Assembly (NCBI GenBank): GCA_951406725.2
Contig: OX597821.1
Span: forward strand, 40,672,001 to 40,736,000
DNA from: Octopus vulgaris
Taxonomy: Eukaryota
DNA: 64,000 nucleotides
Direction of reading: 5' to 3'
Part shown: positions 1 through 13,154 of the stretch, one piece after another
Layout: every line of letters begins with the position of its first letter
Position numbering within the stretch: position 1 is the first letter of the stretch
Program-made: the position numbers and the translations under genes
Notes under the pieces: generated by a model
What the model was told of the DNA's origin: nothing
Seen by the model: only the letters and a program-made list of their open reading frames with translations
The model's database searches: none

Positions 1-62
1 TATATATATATATATAGATGTATATGAATAAATTCTACAGGCATGCATGTAGTTATATATAT

Positions 63-103
<41 letters not shown>

Positions 104-671
104 GTTTTATGATATTTTTGCTTCGTAAAGGTTTCCTCATTGACACTTAGAGTGACATGTCAAAGGTAAATTTCATTAGTTGTGCCAAGTTGTTGATGGC
201 TGCAGATCTTTGGAAACGGATAGGAATGAATTGAAACGGAAAGACACTTACGTAACCTCCTTCGTTAAAGATTCCGAAATTGTAAATCCATACAAAATAA
301 TGCAACAACGGTCACATGACGGTCCTAGTTCTGATTACGAGGTTATTAGTGTTCTCATCATTCCATTTCCTTTATAAATTCTCTTGGAACTCACAGCTAC
401 CATTCATATGAGAGCCTTGCTTATTGTCAGGCATGTAATAAACTAATTTATCAAATGTTATAAGGTTGCAATATGCATGGATAAAAGGAATATGATAATT
501 ACTAGATGGAGATGTATTAATACCATTTATGCAACACAAGCAATACATGCACACTCACACTACTTATATACACATATATCTTTATATATGAGTGTGTGGG
601 AGTGACAGTGTATGTGTATGCATGCATGCTTATGTATGCATGTGTATGTGCATTTGTATATATATATATAC

Positions 672-702
<31 letters not shown>

Positions 703-703
703 T

Positions 704-870
704 AGGTGCATGTGTGGCTCTATGGTAAAAGTTTGCTTCCCGCCCACATGGTTCCAGGTTCAATCCCACTGCATGACAAATTCAGCACGTGTGTTCTACC
801 CCAACCTTGGCTTGACTGAAGCCTTGAGAGTGGATTTGGTAGATGGAAACTGAAAGAAGCCTGCTGTATA
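704..870 (+). mobile_element. 5' half of the major tRNA-derived SINE (family A)
   Basis: Matches the head of the full copies at 20904, 25597 and 53766 (ggtgca..tggct..ggtaa..ggttcaatccc..gtggatttggtagatggaaactgaaagaagcc). Diverged copy. Confidence 0.7.
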
Positions 871-1038
871 AATATGTACATATACATATATATATCTTTT
901 AAATTCGTTTAAGATAACGTTATATATATGTATATGTATATATATACACATGTGTGTGTATGAGTATATGTGTATATATATATATATAAATATATAAGTA
1001 TTTAAACATATATACACATGTATATATATTTGTATATA

Positions 1039-1074
<36 letters not shown>

Positions 1075-1109
1075 TGTATGTATGTATGTATGTGTGTGTG
1101 TGTGTATGT

Positions 1110-2605
1110 CATCATAAATGCTTAACATCTGCTTTCTATAATGGCAAGGGTGGGACGGTTTGACTGAAAACTGGTTAGGAGGTAGGGGCTTGCACCAGGT
1201 TCCAATCTGATTTGGCAAGGTTTCTATGAGAGTGGGTGCTTTTTACATGAAGGTGGCACAGGTGCCATTGACCTGACACCAGCATAAGCCATGGCTACGG
1301 TCTCACTTGGCTTGGCAGGTCAACACGAGCACAGTATATCACCAAGGGCTTTGGTCACTTATCACTGCCTCCATGAGGCCCAACACTCAAATGGTGCTTT
1401 TTATGTGCCACCAGAAGGAGTGCCAATCAGGTGGCACTGGCATTGGCCATGACAATGATTTCACTCTGTTTGACATGCCTTCACAAGCACAGCGCGATGC
1501 TCAACAATTGAAGGGTCTAGTTATGTGACACTAGTATCGGCTACAGCTACGATCTCATTTGACTTGCCAGGTCTTCTCAAACACATTATATCCCCAAAGG
1601 TTTCAGTCACTTGTAATTGCCTCTGTGAGACCCAATATTCAAAGGTCGTGCTTCACCATCTCATCCCAGGACTTCCTGGGTCTACCTCTTCCACAGGTTC
1701 CCTCCACTGTTAGGGAGTGACATTTCTTCACACAGCTGTCCTCATCCAAACACAGCACATGACCATACTAGCGCAATCATATCTCTCTTGCACACCACAT
1801 CTGATGCTTCTTACGTCCAACTTTTCTCTCAAGATGCTCGCACTCTGTCATGTATGGACACAGACATTACACATCCAGTGGATCATACAAGCTACATCTC
1901 TTTCAAGCCTACACATTTCCTCACCAGTCACAGCCCATATTTCACACATGCATCATACAATCTGCTTTTTCTTTCTGAGTGGGCAGCCCTTTGTTACTAA
2001 CAATGGTAGGAGCTCTGAGAACTTTGCCCAGCCTATTCTTATTCTTGCAGCTACACTCTCAGATCATCCATCACCTCTACTGATTTGGTCCCTTAGGTAA
2101 TGGAAGCTATCAGCTACTTCTAGTTTTCCCCATTGGCATGTGATGGGATCTATTTTCTGTACATTTTTGGTGCTTATTGTACCTGTGCACCTTCCTTGCA
2201 CAAAAACTATCTTCCCAGTTAACCTTCCTCTGATAATCGCTGCACCTCTTATGTGTCCATAGCTTACACTGGGTACATCTTATGGAGTTTCTACTGATGC
2301 CCTTTCTACAGATCCAGCAGGGTCATCTGCCAGAAGGGAATTATGATTTCTCCACTGTCCTGCCTGCTAAGGCTTTGGTTTTTGCTAGGTTAACTCTAAG
2401 GCCATTCGATTCTAGACCTTGCTTCCACACCTGAAACTTCTTCAATAGTTCTGGTAGTGATTCAGCTATAAGAGCAAGATCATCAGCATAGAGGAGCTCC
2501 CAGGGGCATCCTGTCTTGAATTCCTTCATAATCGTCTGGAGGACTATGATAATAAGAGGGGGCTGAGGATTGATCCTTGGTGAACCCCTATCTGTGAACT
2601 GAATT
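1110..2605 (-). mobile_element. 5'-truncated, degenerate RTE-clade LINE (RT C-terminal part and 3' UTR)
   Basis: ORF 2341-2529 reads GCPWELLYADDLALIAES..GLRVNLAKTK (RT YADD motif), preceded by VHQGS.LSP. Stops and frameshifts follow. The 3' UTR is shared with the repeats at 24215, 26670, 34390 and 59470. Confidence 0.8.
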
Positions 2606-2717
2606 TTTAAAAATACTCATTGTCAACCTTCAATAATGATGATGATGATGATGATATATACACACACATGCATATATATATATACATATACATACCTACA
2701 TACATACATGTATATAC

Positions 2718-2778
<61 letters not shown>

Positions 2779-2782
<4 letters not shown>

Positions 2783-3005
2783 GATATAAGGTACTCAGAA
2801 ATCTGGATGGTTTTATATTTACAGATATTTATTAATATGTCACATGTTTTTATAAATCCTATATTAACGCTTGCATCCACTCTAGTCTCTGAAGACTCCA
2901 CTAGAGTGGATTCAAGTGCTAATATATGATTTATAAAAACATGTGACATTAATAAATATCTGTAAATATAAAACCATCCAGATTTCTGAGTACCTTATTT
3001 CTTCT
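2779..3005. repeat. Fold-back inverted repeat (~107 bp arms, 13 nt loop) inside (TA)n
   Basis: 2779-2886 is the near-perfect reverse complement of 2900-3005. The two arms give matching peptides on opposite strands in the ORF track ([15 protein letters not shown]). Confidence 0.9.
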
Positions 3006-3047
3006 TATATACATATATATCATCATCTCCAAAAATTCTAATATATA

Positions 3048-3083
<36 letters not shown>

Positions 3084-3430
3084 TGTATGTATGTATGTAT
3101 GTACATATATATATATATATTCATACATACACACATACTGACGTGTGTGTTTCTTTCCATGCTTCTATGTATGTGTATCTAAAATCAAGCAAATTGACTG
3201 CTGGCTGAGCAACATATCCTGCTATTAACATTACATACTTTAATCTCTTACACACCTTGAATCTCCACCATAGCATGACATGCTACATCTTCACAGTTTA
3301 TGACATGATAGCATCATTATACACTATAACTTCACAGATATCATGATGTTTGTATGACATAATAGAATCACAAACCATGCAATAGAATAATAATAATATT
3401 AATAATAACAACAGCAACAGCAATAATAAT

Positions 3431-3987
3431 GCCCTGATGCAGTTCCAGGAACTAGCTCTCATGGCTTCTGATCTTAACTGACTGGAATCATGCACATGTT
3501 ATCATGTACATATTTTGTCTTGGTATAAAAGATGGGATACAGCAAATATTCTGCTCAACACCACAGATTTGTTTGTCAGTTGTTTAACCTTAACCAGTTG
3601 ACCATGTCCCTTAGTGGCTGACGAAATGTGCATCTCTGATCACGAGCAGAAGTAGTGGGGGAGTATCATAGCCATGTGTTGAGAGGAATTGTTTGGGGTT
3701 TGAATAACTCACCTCTGGAAACATGGGTGTTTCGTTCAACATCCTTAATCCTTATTCAGGATCTTTTTGAGTGGAATGGGCTACATTACCTGAAGAAAAT
3801 TCTAACTGGGTCCCACCTGCAAGGTCATGCGCTGTTTACGTTGATATTAGATCACCATGTCGCGCACATATGGTTGTGATGCATGTGTCTGGTGTACCCT
3901 TATCAGACGGGTAGTCATGATGGATATACCAGGTTTCATATATTTTACCCCAGTGTCACTTTGATGGCATGCATTACTCTCTCATTC
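3431..3987. mobile_element. ~550 bp non-autonomous interspersed repeat in (AAT)n, copy 1
   Basis: Reverse complement of 5895-6441 and 9045-9604. All three copies are flanked by (AAT)n/(ATT)n and have no long ORF. Confidence 0.8.
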
Positions 3988-4759
3988 AATAATAATAATA
4001 ACAACAACAACAACATTATGTACTATTATTTCCCTTATCTGTTATAATGCAATCACTGTGCTGAAGAATGTCAGTTTATTCCAGAATATTGGTGTTACAT
4101 CTTATAATTTCACCATCTCATATACTCTTTTACTTGTTCAGTCATGTGACTGTGGCCATGCTGGAGTACCGCCTTTAGTAAAAGAGTAGCATCAAATGTC
4201 GTCATCGCCATTCAGCTCGTCAGCATCAGAATAAAAGAGGTAGACTCCCTGTCTTTGAGGCAATGGACTAAGACAGTAAATATTGGCATGGAGGAGGAAT
4301 AAGTTAAGAGAAATGGCTCGACTTAGAATTGAATCAGATTCACCTTGCAGGAAATTGCTTCTGTTCCTCATCATTGCAATGACTACTGGTTCCACAATAC
4401 ATGAAGATGTTCCCGCCCCACACACACACCTGTCCACCACCACTCAGGGAATCATGTTATGTTTTCTATTGCTTACCATTTTTATGTTCACATATACATC
4501 CTCAGTTCCTGACGGGGTTTTATTGGTTTTGGTCTTGGATTCCTGGGAAATAAAACTATCATGTCAATTCCAGGACTTATTTCAGTTTTGGCACATATTT
4601 TATTGATCTGTCTTATTGATATTTTATTGATCTCTCTTATTGATAGGAACTGTTGTGCATTTTGACACAAAACGGTTTTTTGGGGATGATATAAACATAA
4701 ATACAGACAAGGTTTGTGAAACCCATACACAAATATATAAACACACACATGCTACTAAT

Positions 4760-5600
4760 ATTATTATTATTTCTCTTTATCACAGATTTTGTTGGAGCTC
4801 CTTGAGGCATACATGCATAGCTACCTGCAGCCTATGGTACCATGCTATCCGTTCTTTTCAGCTATTTAACCCTTTTGTTACTAACCTGGCTGAAACCACC
4901 TCGAGCTCTGTAGTACAAATGTTTTGTTTTCATAAGGTTTGAATTGAAATCTTTCACCAACACTTAGTCACAATTAATGTCCCTAACACTAGCTTAATGA
5001 TAAAGAAGTTATTTTACTAAATTCTTCGTCATATTTAAAATAATTGAGAGAAAAACAAAGCATCTCAAAATAATTACAGTAACGAAAGGGTTAATACTTG
5101 CCTGATTATTCTGGTCATGCCAAGGAGGCAAACCTTTTGTAACAGTTCTACTGGGCACTCTATTCTAATTTCTTTTATATTTCCCCTGATGCCTTCTGAT
5201 AATGTTCCCAGGGACCTAACAATAATTGGCACTACCTTCACCTTCTTCATTTTCCATAGCCAGGCTATTTCATACTTAAGAGAGTTGTATTTATCAATCT
5301 TTTCGCCTTCCTTCTTGACTATTCGTGGGTTTAAGGGACATGCAACATCAACTGTGTAGCATATGTGGAGTATCTTGTCCAACACCACTAGGCAGTTTGT
5401 GTTCATACAATGTCTTGCCCTTCTCTAGACCTCACTTTTTGCTACCTGATCGTGTCACCACAGCTTGTAGTGGTTTTGGATGAGTTTAGGGCATTCATTC
5501 GTAACATGGGCAATGGTTTTGTCCATTCTATTGCAGATGTGGCACAGCAGAGACCCCTGTTCATTCCTAAGGCTGACAACTCTAGTTTGTGGCCAAAGCT
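4760..5600 (-). mobile_element. R4/Dong-like non-LTR retrotransposon 3' fragment (restriction-like endonuclease), interrupted by a MITE
   Basis: ORF 5074-5406 reads VDVACP..KIDKYNSLKYEIAWLWKMKKVKVVPIIV, an RLE domain. Bounded by (ATT)n. The frame resumes (VLNS*) across the TTAA insertion. Confidence 0.75.
4870..5090. mobile_element. piggyBac-like MITE with TTAA target duplication
   Basis: TTAA|cccttttgttact ... agtaacgaaaggg|TTAA. Related degraded copies lie near 14245-14470, 16940-17170 and 63738-63967. Confidence 0.8.
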
Positions 5601-5639
5601 TATTATCATTATCATTATTCAGTAGTTTTATTTTTATAA

Positions 5640-5865
5640 CGTGCTTTCACTTTACTACCGAGCGTAGCTCTGTGTGCTTTGGGTATGTGCTGTGATGCTC
5701 TGATGGTTACTGTATTGAAACGGGTTTGCATAGGATGTGTGCAGTGCCCAGTAGTGCAATTTTCTGTATGTTATATGTGTTTGTAAGTCCTGGTATTTTT
5801 GTTATGTATTTGTCTGAATATTTTTTATCATACCTAATGCACCGACTATGATAGGAATTGTTTCT
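5640..5865 (-). mobile_element. R4/Dong-like 3' end fragment
   Basis: The minus strand encodes TIPIIVGALGMIKKYSDKYITKIPGLTNTYNIQKIALLGTAHIL, the typical C-terminus of RLE elements. Flanked by (ATT)n. Confidence 0.75.
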
Positions 5866-5894
5866 TATTATTATTATCATTATTATTATTATTG

Positions 5895-6441
5895 ATTGAG
5901 AGAGCAGTGCATGCCATCAAAGTGACACTGGGGTAAAATATACGAAGCCCAGTATACCCATCATGACTACCAGTCAGATAAGGGTACACTAGGAGCATGC
6001 ATCACTACCATATGTGTGCGACATGGTGATCTCATATCAACGTAAACAGCGCATGACCTTGCAGGTAGGGCCCAGTTAGAATTTTCTTCTGGTCGAGTAG
6101 CCCATCCAGCTCAAAAGGTCCCTGAATAAGGAATGTTTAAGGATGTTGAATAAACCACCCATGTTTCCAAATGTGAATTATCCAAACCTCTAAGAATTCC
6201 TTTCAACACATGGCTATGATGCTCCCCCATTACTTCTGCTTATTATCAGAGATGCACATACCATCAGCCACCAAAAGACATGCTCAGCTGGTTATGGTCA
6301 AACAACTGACAAGCAAATCTGTGGTGTTGAGCTGAATATTTGCTGTAGCCCATCTTTTATACCAAGACAAAACAATATACATCATAACACTTCCAATCAA
6401 TTAAGATGAGAAGCCATGAGAGCCATCTGCATCAGGGCATT
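5895..6441. mobile_element. ~550 bp (ATT)n-associated repeat, copy 2
   Basis: Homologous to 9045-9604 (direct) and 3431-3987 (inverted). Confidence 0.8.
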
Positions 6442-6469
6442 TATTATTTATTATTATTATTATTATTAT

Positions 6470-7030
6470 CATTATTTCCTCTGCCTTAGTGAATGTGGAA
6501 GTATTGTTTACAGTCAAGTTTGTATGTTTGTCTGTGGACACTATATCGCAAGAACCACGGAATGGATTTGGATAAAACTTTCAGAGAGGTTTGACCTCGT
6601 GACTGACATGAACTGATTAGATTTTGGGATCGATTCTGGATTATTCGTTATATTTACTTTACATGATTATGATCTTACATTCACTTCCAAGTCTTTCTCA
6701 ATTATTTCCCTTTAGGCTATAACTAATGGTACATTTATTAACTTTAGCTTGTATTAGATAAGAATAAACTGTTATTAAATTTTCTACAGCTACCTTCACT
6801 TCCATGACAACCATTGGGATAGATCAGGTACTGGACAAGGATTCTGGATTATTTTTTCCTTAATTTTACTTAAATTTTGAGAGCAGTCAGATTCGTTTTT
6901 GTATTCTCGTTTGTGAGAGCAGTCAAATTTATTTGAGATATTCTCATTTTAAAAATCATCTCTGGCTAATCGTTGAGAGGACATTGGTGTTGCCATGCCG
7001 GAGGTTTGCAGTCTCTGAGTGCTCTTGTTA
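6470..7030 (+). mobile_element. Helentron-associated (HINE/DINE-1-like) non-autonomous element
   Basis: Sub-terminal inverted repeat (cctctgcc / gccggaggt), a tttg/tctg micro-repeat near the 5' end and a 3' gcagtctctgagtgc stem-loop. A second copy is inverted at 14766-15366. Confidence 0.6.
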
Positions 7031-7049
7031 TTATTATTGTTTATGGGTT

Positions 7050-9028
7050 TTTCTTCTTCTTTCAAATTTGCTTCCATTTCTTGCCGGGTGTCTTCCCGAC
7101 TCCTAGGGCAATGAAACTCATTGTATACATTGGTAGGCCATTAAACTAAACTCACTAGTTCGTTCATTTTTTTTTTCTTTTGATAGTAATATAGTTAAAT
7201 TAAAATACATGGGTAGTAATAGTTCTCACATTGATAATGCTCTTCTCAATACGTTTGATGTACCAGTTAAGACAATCTTTTGCACTTCTTACAAGGATGG
7301 TAAGCCAGGGATCATTCTCATATAATTTTCGGTTCCCTTCTTGATCATTCCTAGTGCTCCTACGATCACTGGTATTGTAACCGCCTTGAGATGCCACATT
7401 TTCTCAATTTCAATGAGCAAGTCTTTATATTTTCTGAGCTTGTCAAATTCTTTCGGCCAGATATTATGATCACAGGGGATGCTCATGTCGATCAATAAGC
7501 AAACTTTATTGTTTTGGTCTTTCACAACAATATCCGGTTTATTGGCTTTGATGGTTTGGTCTGTATGTACTGGAAAGTCCCACAGAATCGTTATATTTTC
7601 TCCTTCAGTTACAACTTCAGAGTGGTGATTATACCACTTGTTGGCAGTTTTGATATTGTAATGCCGACTTATTAGCCAGTGTAGATATTGGCCAACTCTG
7701 TCATGTCTTAATTTATACTCCACTGGTGCTAAGACTTTACATCCAGAGATTAGGTGGTCCACTGTTTCAATCATGTCGTTGCAGAATCGGCATTTTGGGT
7801 CTGCTCCATTTTTCATCATATTGGCCTGGTAGTTCCGGGTTAACAGGCTTTGGTCTTGAGCAGCCAGGATGAAACCCTCGCTCTCTGCTTTTATCCCTGA
7901 GTTCTGTAGCCACTGATGGGTTTGCTTCTGGTCAACATCAGCTTGTTTGCTACGGGCCACATATTTGCTGTGCAGAGGTTTCTCCTCCCACCTATCAGCC
8001 AATTGCTCGTGCACTTTTTTCGTTGCCATTATTTTCACCTTCTTTGCAACAATAGTTGCCGTACTTCCCTCGGGTTGTTCAGTTTGGGTATCCTGCACGA
8101 GATCAATAGCAAATTTTTTGCTTTCCTTTATGATAGAATGAAGCTTCTTTCATCTCTCGTGATTTTCCACGAGCTTTAGCATCCAGTCATTCGTTATTTC
8201 AAGATATTTGGCCAGTCCAATTGTGGTTGTTTTGTAAGCTAGTTCAAATTACCTCCTTGGGCTCTGGGGAGGTAAAGGCGATCTACGTCTGCCTTTGGGT
8301 GGAGCATCCTATTACAACTCAGCAGCTTGCGTATTTTCCTATCTATTTTCTTTACTTCATTCATATTCCAGTTCAATACATTGTAGCTATAAGTAACAAC
8401 TGGAACTGCTAAGGAATTTATAGCTAACACCTTGTTACGTGCATTTACTTCAGATTTCAGGACTGCTCGAACTCTCCTATAACATTCCTTCTTGATCTTC
8501 TCTTTCATGCTTGCATGCTGAATACCAGAGCCTTCATTTATCCTTAAATATTTGTAGGTTTGTTCTTGCTCAAGCTCTCTTATGACTGTGTCAACATCTA
8601 ACACGACTGAATTTGTGGTCTTCACTTTCCCTTTCTGGAAAGTGACCTTGGCACACTTCTCAAGCCCAAACTCCATCCTGATGTCATCACTGAATGCTTT
8701 CACAGTGCGCAATAGGCCTTCAAGTTCATTATCGTCTTTAACATAGAGTTTTAAGTCCTCCATATAAAATAGATGGCTTATTTTTTTATTGACAATTTTA
8801 TACCCATACCCTGTTCTGTTTAATTCACTTGTAAGGGGTATAGGGCTATGCAGAATATTAGAGGTGAAAGTGAGTCACCTTGAAAAATGCCACAGTTGAT
8901 GTTTATATTCTCTGAGGCAAGTACTCCATTAGAGTGGTATAATTGGAGATTCGTATACCACAATGACATATTATGCTTCAGGAAGCTTGAAATCACAGGG
9001 GAAATTTTGAAGATGTCCAGCGATTTCA
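7050..9028 (-). mobile_element. 5'-truncated R4/Dong-like retrotransposon (RT, CCHC zinc knuckle, RLE), frameshifted pseudogene
   Basis: The ORFs give GIFQGDSLSPLIF, YMEDLKLY, CRFC..ETVDHLISGC, RHD, KPDIV and LIDMSIP. Several frameshifts. Both ends lie in (ATT)n. Confidence 0.9.
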
Positions 9029-9044
9029 TTATTATTATTATTAT

Positions 9045-9601
9045 TGAGTGAGAGAGCAGTGCATGCCATCAAAATGACACTGGGGTAAAATATACGAAGC
9101 CCAGTATACCCATCATGACTACCCATCTGATAAGGGTACACTAGGCACATGCATCACAACCATATGTGTGCGACATGGTGATTTCATATCAAGATAAACA
9201 GCACATGATAAACTTGCAGGTGGGGCCCAGTTAGAATTTTGTTCTGGTCGAGTAGCCCATCCCGCTCAAAAGGTCCCTGAATAAGGGTTGTTTAAGGATG
9301 TTGAACGAAACACCCATGTTTCCAAAGGTGAATTATTCAAACCCCAAACAATTCCTCTCAACACATGGCTATGATGCTCCCCCACTACTTCTGCTCATGA
9401 TCAGAGATGCACATATCGTCAGCCACTAAGGGACATGCTCAACTGGTTACAGTCAAACAACTGACAAACAAATCTGTGGTATTGAGCAGAATATTTGCTG
9501 TAGACCATCTTTTATACCAAGACAAAACAATGTACATGATAACACTTCCAATCAGTTAAGATCAGAAGCCATGAGAGCTAGTTCCTGGAACTGCATCAGG
9601 G

Positions 9602-9604
<3 letters not shown>
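9045..9604. mobile_element. ~550 bp (ATT)n-associated repeat, copy 3
   Basis: Homologous to copies 1 and 2. Followed by a long (ATT)n tract. Confidence 0.8.
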
Positions 9605-9670
<66 letters not shown>

Positions 9671-10118
9671 TTTGCCCATTGTTGTCTCCATTGACCAAGA
9701 AGATCACGTGGGAAAAGACAGAGCATAGTGTACCAATCAGTCTGACGCATGTTTGGAAAGCCCCACAGCAGGTCGGGCACTGGTGGTCTGCTGAGGCTGA
9801 AGACAAGAAGTTGGCTCTAGACTTGCATAGTTCATGTGTCCTTTGTGCCCCTGAAATCCTGTTCCATTTGTAGGAGGTAGCACCTCTCTTGGTGCTGCCT
9901 TGCCTGGCAAGGTAGTCTTGTGCTTGCATTCCCCAGGTGTTGGGGGTTGATCTCAAAGCTCTTCAATGAGGTTTTATGTGTGTCCTTGAAGTACTTTTTT
10001 AGTCCACCTTGCATGCACTTGCCTTCTGCCAGTTTGATGCAAAACATACACATACACTCACACACACATACACACACACACACATATACATACATATATA
10101 CATACATTTACACATACA

Positions 10119-10150
<32 letters not shown>

Positions 10151-10219
10151 AACGTATATATATATATATGAAAAAACAAGTCAAAAATAGAAAATGCTAA
10201 GATGATTTTATAGTGAATC

Positions 10220-10263
10220 TTTCAGTACCGGTTTCGGTCATTTTGAGACCTTTTCAACTGTAA
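10220..10263 (-). ncRNA. Minimal type I hammerhead ribozyme (inverted copy)
   Basis: Exact reverse complement of 13111-13154. Confidence 0.75.
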
Positions 10264-11208
10264 CGATTAAATCATTAAATTTAGAAAAATTAGAAGAAAA
10301 GTTTTTTTAAAAGAATATTTCTGTAGTAGTGTTCAGATATAAGTAGCATTCTGCCTTTCTCTGACTCCCTTGTTTGCACTTGTGTGTTCGAGGTCGTTTT
10401 GAGTTCTTGGTAGGATAGGTGAAGAATAAAGAGGCTGATGTGGAGAGGGGGTGGGGAAATCTGGGAATGCCTTAATGGTCGTATTTTGAATGGTCAGTGG
10501 CTGACAGTAGTCGCAGTTCAATTCAGGAATTGTTTATGGAATTTGCGTAGGCGTTATACTGAAAGACATTAGTGACAAGGTTAAGGGGTGGAAGGTGGAG
10601 AAGTAGGAGAAGTAGAAGAAGATGACGATGTTGATGATGATGATGATGATGAAGAAGAAGAGGAAGAAGAAGGAGAAGGAGAAGATGGTGGTGATGATGA
10701 TGACGACGATGATGATGATAGTGATGATGATGAAGAAGAAGAGGAAGAAGAAGAAGAAGAAAAAACAGAGAAGGGAGAATATGAATGGGTGTAAGTTTAG
10801 CTGTGATGGGGCTGATTAGTAATGGATTCTATGGAGTGTAATATTTGTGTGTGTATATATTTCTTTTATTCTAAAGTTGAGGTATATTAATTGTTTGTCG
10901 TAGACCCGTTAAGAAGTGGCTTGTATTTTGTAATAAAGAGATTTTCTTTACTTATTCGTTGTCTCGAGGTTGTATCGTCCCTAAATTGGTAGAGGGGGAA
11001 AATTCTGAAGTTTGGTGTTTTTTTGTTGGCGCAAGTATCTATGTGTTGGCTAAAAGCTATTTTTCTGTTTTGGGGAATTTTTATCTGGGATCTGTGCAGG
11101 GCCATTCGTTTACGCAAACCATTTTTTGTTTGGCCTATGTACTGCTCTTGACACCCGGAGCAGGTTAGTGAGTATATTAGGTTACCACACCGCATCAAAA
11201 AAGAATTT

Positions 11209-12480
11209 GTGATAGAAGGGGTTAAATTCATCCTGGAAAATAACTTCTTCGCCTTCAATGACAACTTCTACAGACAAAAATCGGGGACTGCGATGGGTAC
11301 ACGAATGGCCCCCTCCTTTGCCAACCTAGTCATAGGATACCTAGAGATCAGTCTGTATCGTAAGGTTCTAGAAAGATATGGCAGCCCTTTCTCCATCTAC
11401 ATAGAAAACAACTGGAAGAGATATCTAGATGACTGTTTCATCCTTTGGCATAAAAATATAGAAAAACTCATAGAATTCCAGAAAATTTTAAACGGACTGG
11501 ACGTAAACATCCAATTCACGATGGAATATAGCCAACAACAACTCCCCTTCCTCGATATCCTCATTAAGAAAGCTAATAATATAATAGAAACAGACATATA
11601 CTATAAGCCTACAGACTCTAAGAAATATCTTCCATTCAATTCATGCCACCCCAGACACACCAAGATGAATATCCCCTTCAATCTAGCAAAAAGGATATGC
11701 ACTATAGTCTCTAACGCAAACACCAGAGACACACGACTACAAGAACTAAAAGATACCCTTATCACCAGGAACTATCAACCTTCACTTATTGACAAGTGCA
11801 TTCAACTTAACATCAAGGAACTGAGACATCACAAATCAAAGAAAAACTTACAACCAAAAGCCTTACCATACATCTCCACACACAACCCTCTCAATAACGA
11901 AGCCTTCGACACCATCCTCCACAACATACCCCTCCTAAAAAAAGACCACAGAATGAACACAATCCTCCAAACACACACGATCATAAAAAGCAAAAGACAG
12001 CCTAGATCCATGAAAAGTCTCCTTACACAAGCCCGAATTCACTCTTCAACACGGAAGCCGACAGTAAAAAAATGTGGAAGACCCAATTGCGGGATATGCG
12101 ACTATCTAATTGAGGGATCAGAATTCTCCTTCAAACAGGGACAACGGTTTACAGTGAAAAGCAACTTCACATGTGCTTCGGAGAACCTAATATACTCACT
12201 AACCTGCTCCGGGTGTCAAGAGCAGTACATAGGCCAAACAAAAAATGGTTTGCGTAAACGAATGGCCCTGCACAGATCCCAGATAAAAATTCCCCAAAAC
12301 AGAAAAATAGCTTTTAGCCAACACATAGATACTTGCGCCAACAAAAAAACACCAAACTTCAGAATTTTCCCCCTCTACCAATTTAGGGACGATACAACCT
12401 CGAGACAACGAATAAGTAAAGAAAATCTCTTTATTACAAAATACAAGCCACTTCTTAACGGGTCTACGACAAACAATTAA
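11209..12480 (+). pseudogene. 5'-truncated Penelope-like RT plus GIY-YIG endonuclease ORF
   Basis: Motifs QKSGTAMGT, RYLDD, YYKPTD, CGRPNCGIC and NLIYSLTCSGCQEQYIGQT. Homologous to the C-terminal half of ORF 40510-42786. Starts mid-RT, so it has no true start codon. Confidence 0.92.
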
Positions 12481-13110
12481 TATACCTCAACTTTAGAATA
12501 AAAGAAATATATACACACACAAATATTACACTCCATAGAATCCATTACTAATCAGCCCCATCACAGCTAAACTTACACCCATTCATATTCTCCCTTCTCT
12601 GTTTTTTTCTTCTTCTTCTTCTTCCTCTTCTTCTTCATCATCATCACTATCATCATCATCGTCGTCATCATCACCACCACCATCATCACCACCATCTTCT
12701 CCTTCTCCTTCCTCTTCCTCTTCTTCTTCATCATCATCATCATCAACATCGTCATCTTCTTCTTCTTCTACTTCTCCACCTTCCACCCCTTAACCTTGTC
12801 ACTAATGTCTTTCAGTATAACGCCTACGCAAATTCCATAAACAATTCCTGAATTGAACTGCGACTACTGTCAGCCACTGACCATTCAAAATACGACCATT
12901 AAGGCATTCCCAGATTTCCCCATCCCCTCTCCACATCAGCCTCTTTATTCTTCACCTATCCTACCAAGAACTCAAAACGACCTCGAACACACAAGTGCAA
13001 ACAAGGGAGTCAGAGAAAGGCAGAATGCTACTTATATCTGAACACTACTACAGAAATATTCTTTTAAAAAAACTTTTCTTCTAATTTTTCTAAATTTAAT
13101 GATTTAATCG

Positions 13111-13154
13111 TTACAGTTGAAAAGGTCTCAAAATGACCGAAACCGGTACTGAAA
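13111..13154 (+). ncRNA. Minimal type I hammerhead ribozyme, U3:A8 core variant
   Basis: ttacag-TTGAAAA-ggtc(tcaaaat)gacc-GAAA-ccgg-TA-ctgaaa: stems I and II, a palindromic ACCGGT stem III and a GUA cleavage triplet, at the PLE 3' end. Confidence 0.75.

Noticed and set aside
180-345. Possible exon (open AG..GT frame on plus; GTAAGT donor on minus)
   Set aside because: The strand signals conflict and there is no recognisable homology.
4192-4665. Hydrophobic short ORFs as a membrane-protein exon
   Set aside because: The frames are inconsistent and interrupted by stops, with no family motif.
10588-10794. Acidic D/E-rich ORF (also 12583-12786)
   Set aside because: It is the antisense reading of the microsatellite in the PLE 3' UTR.
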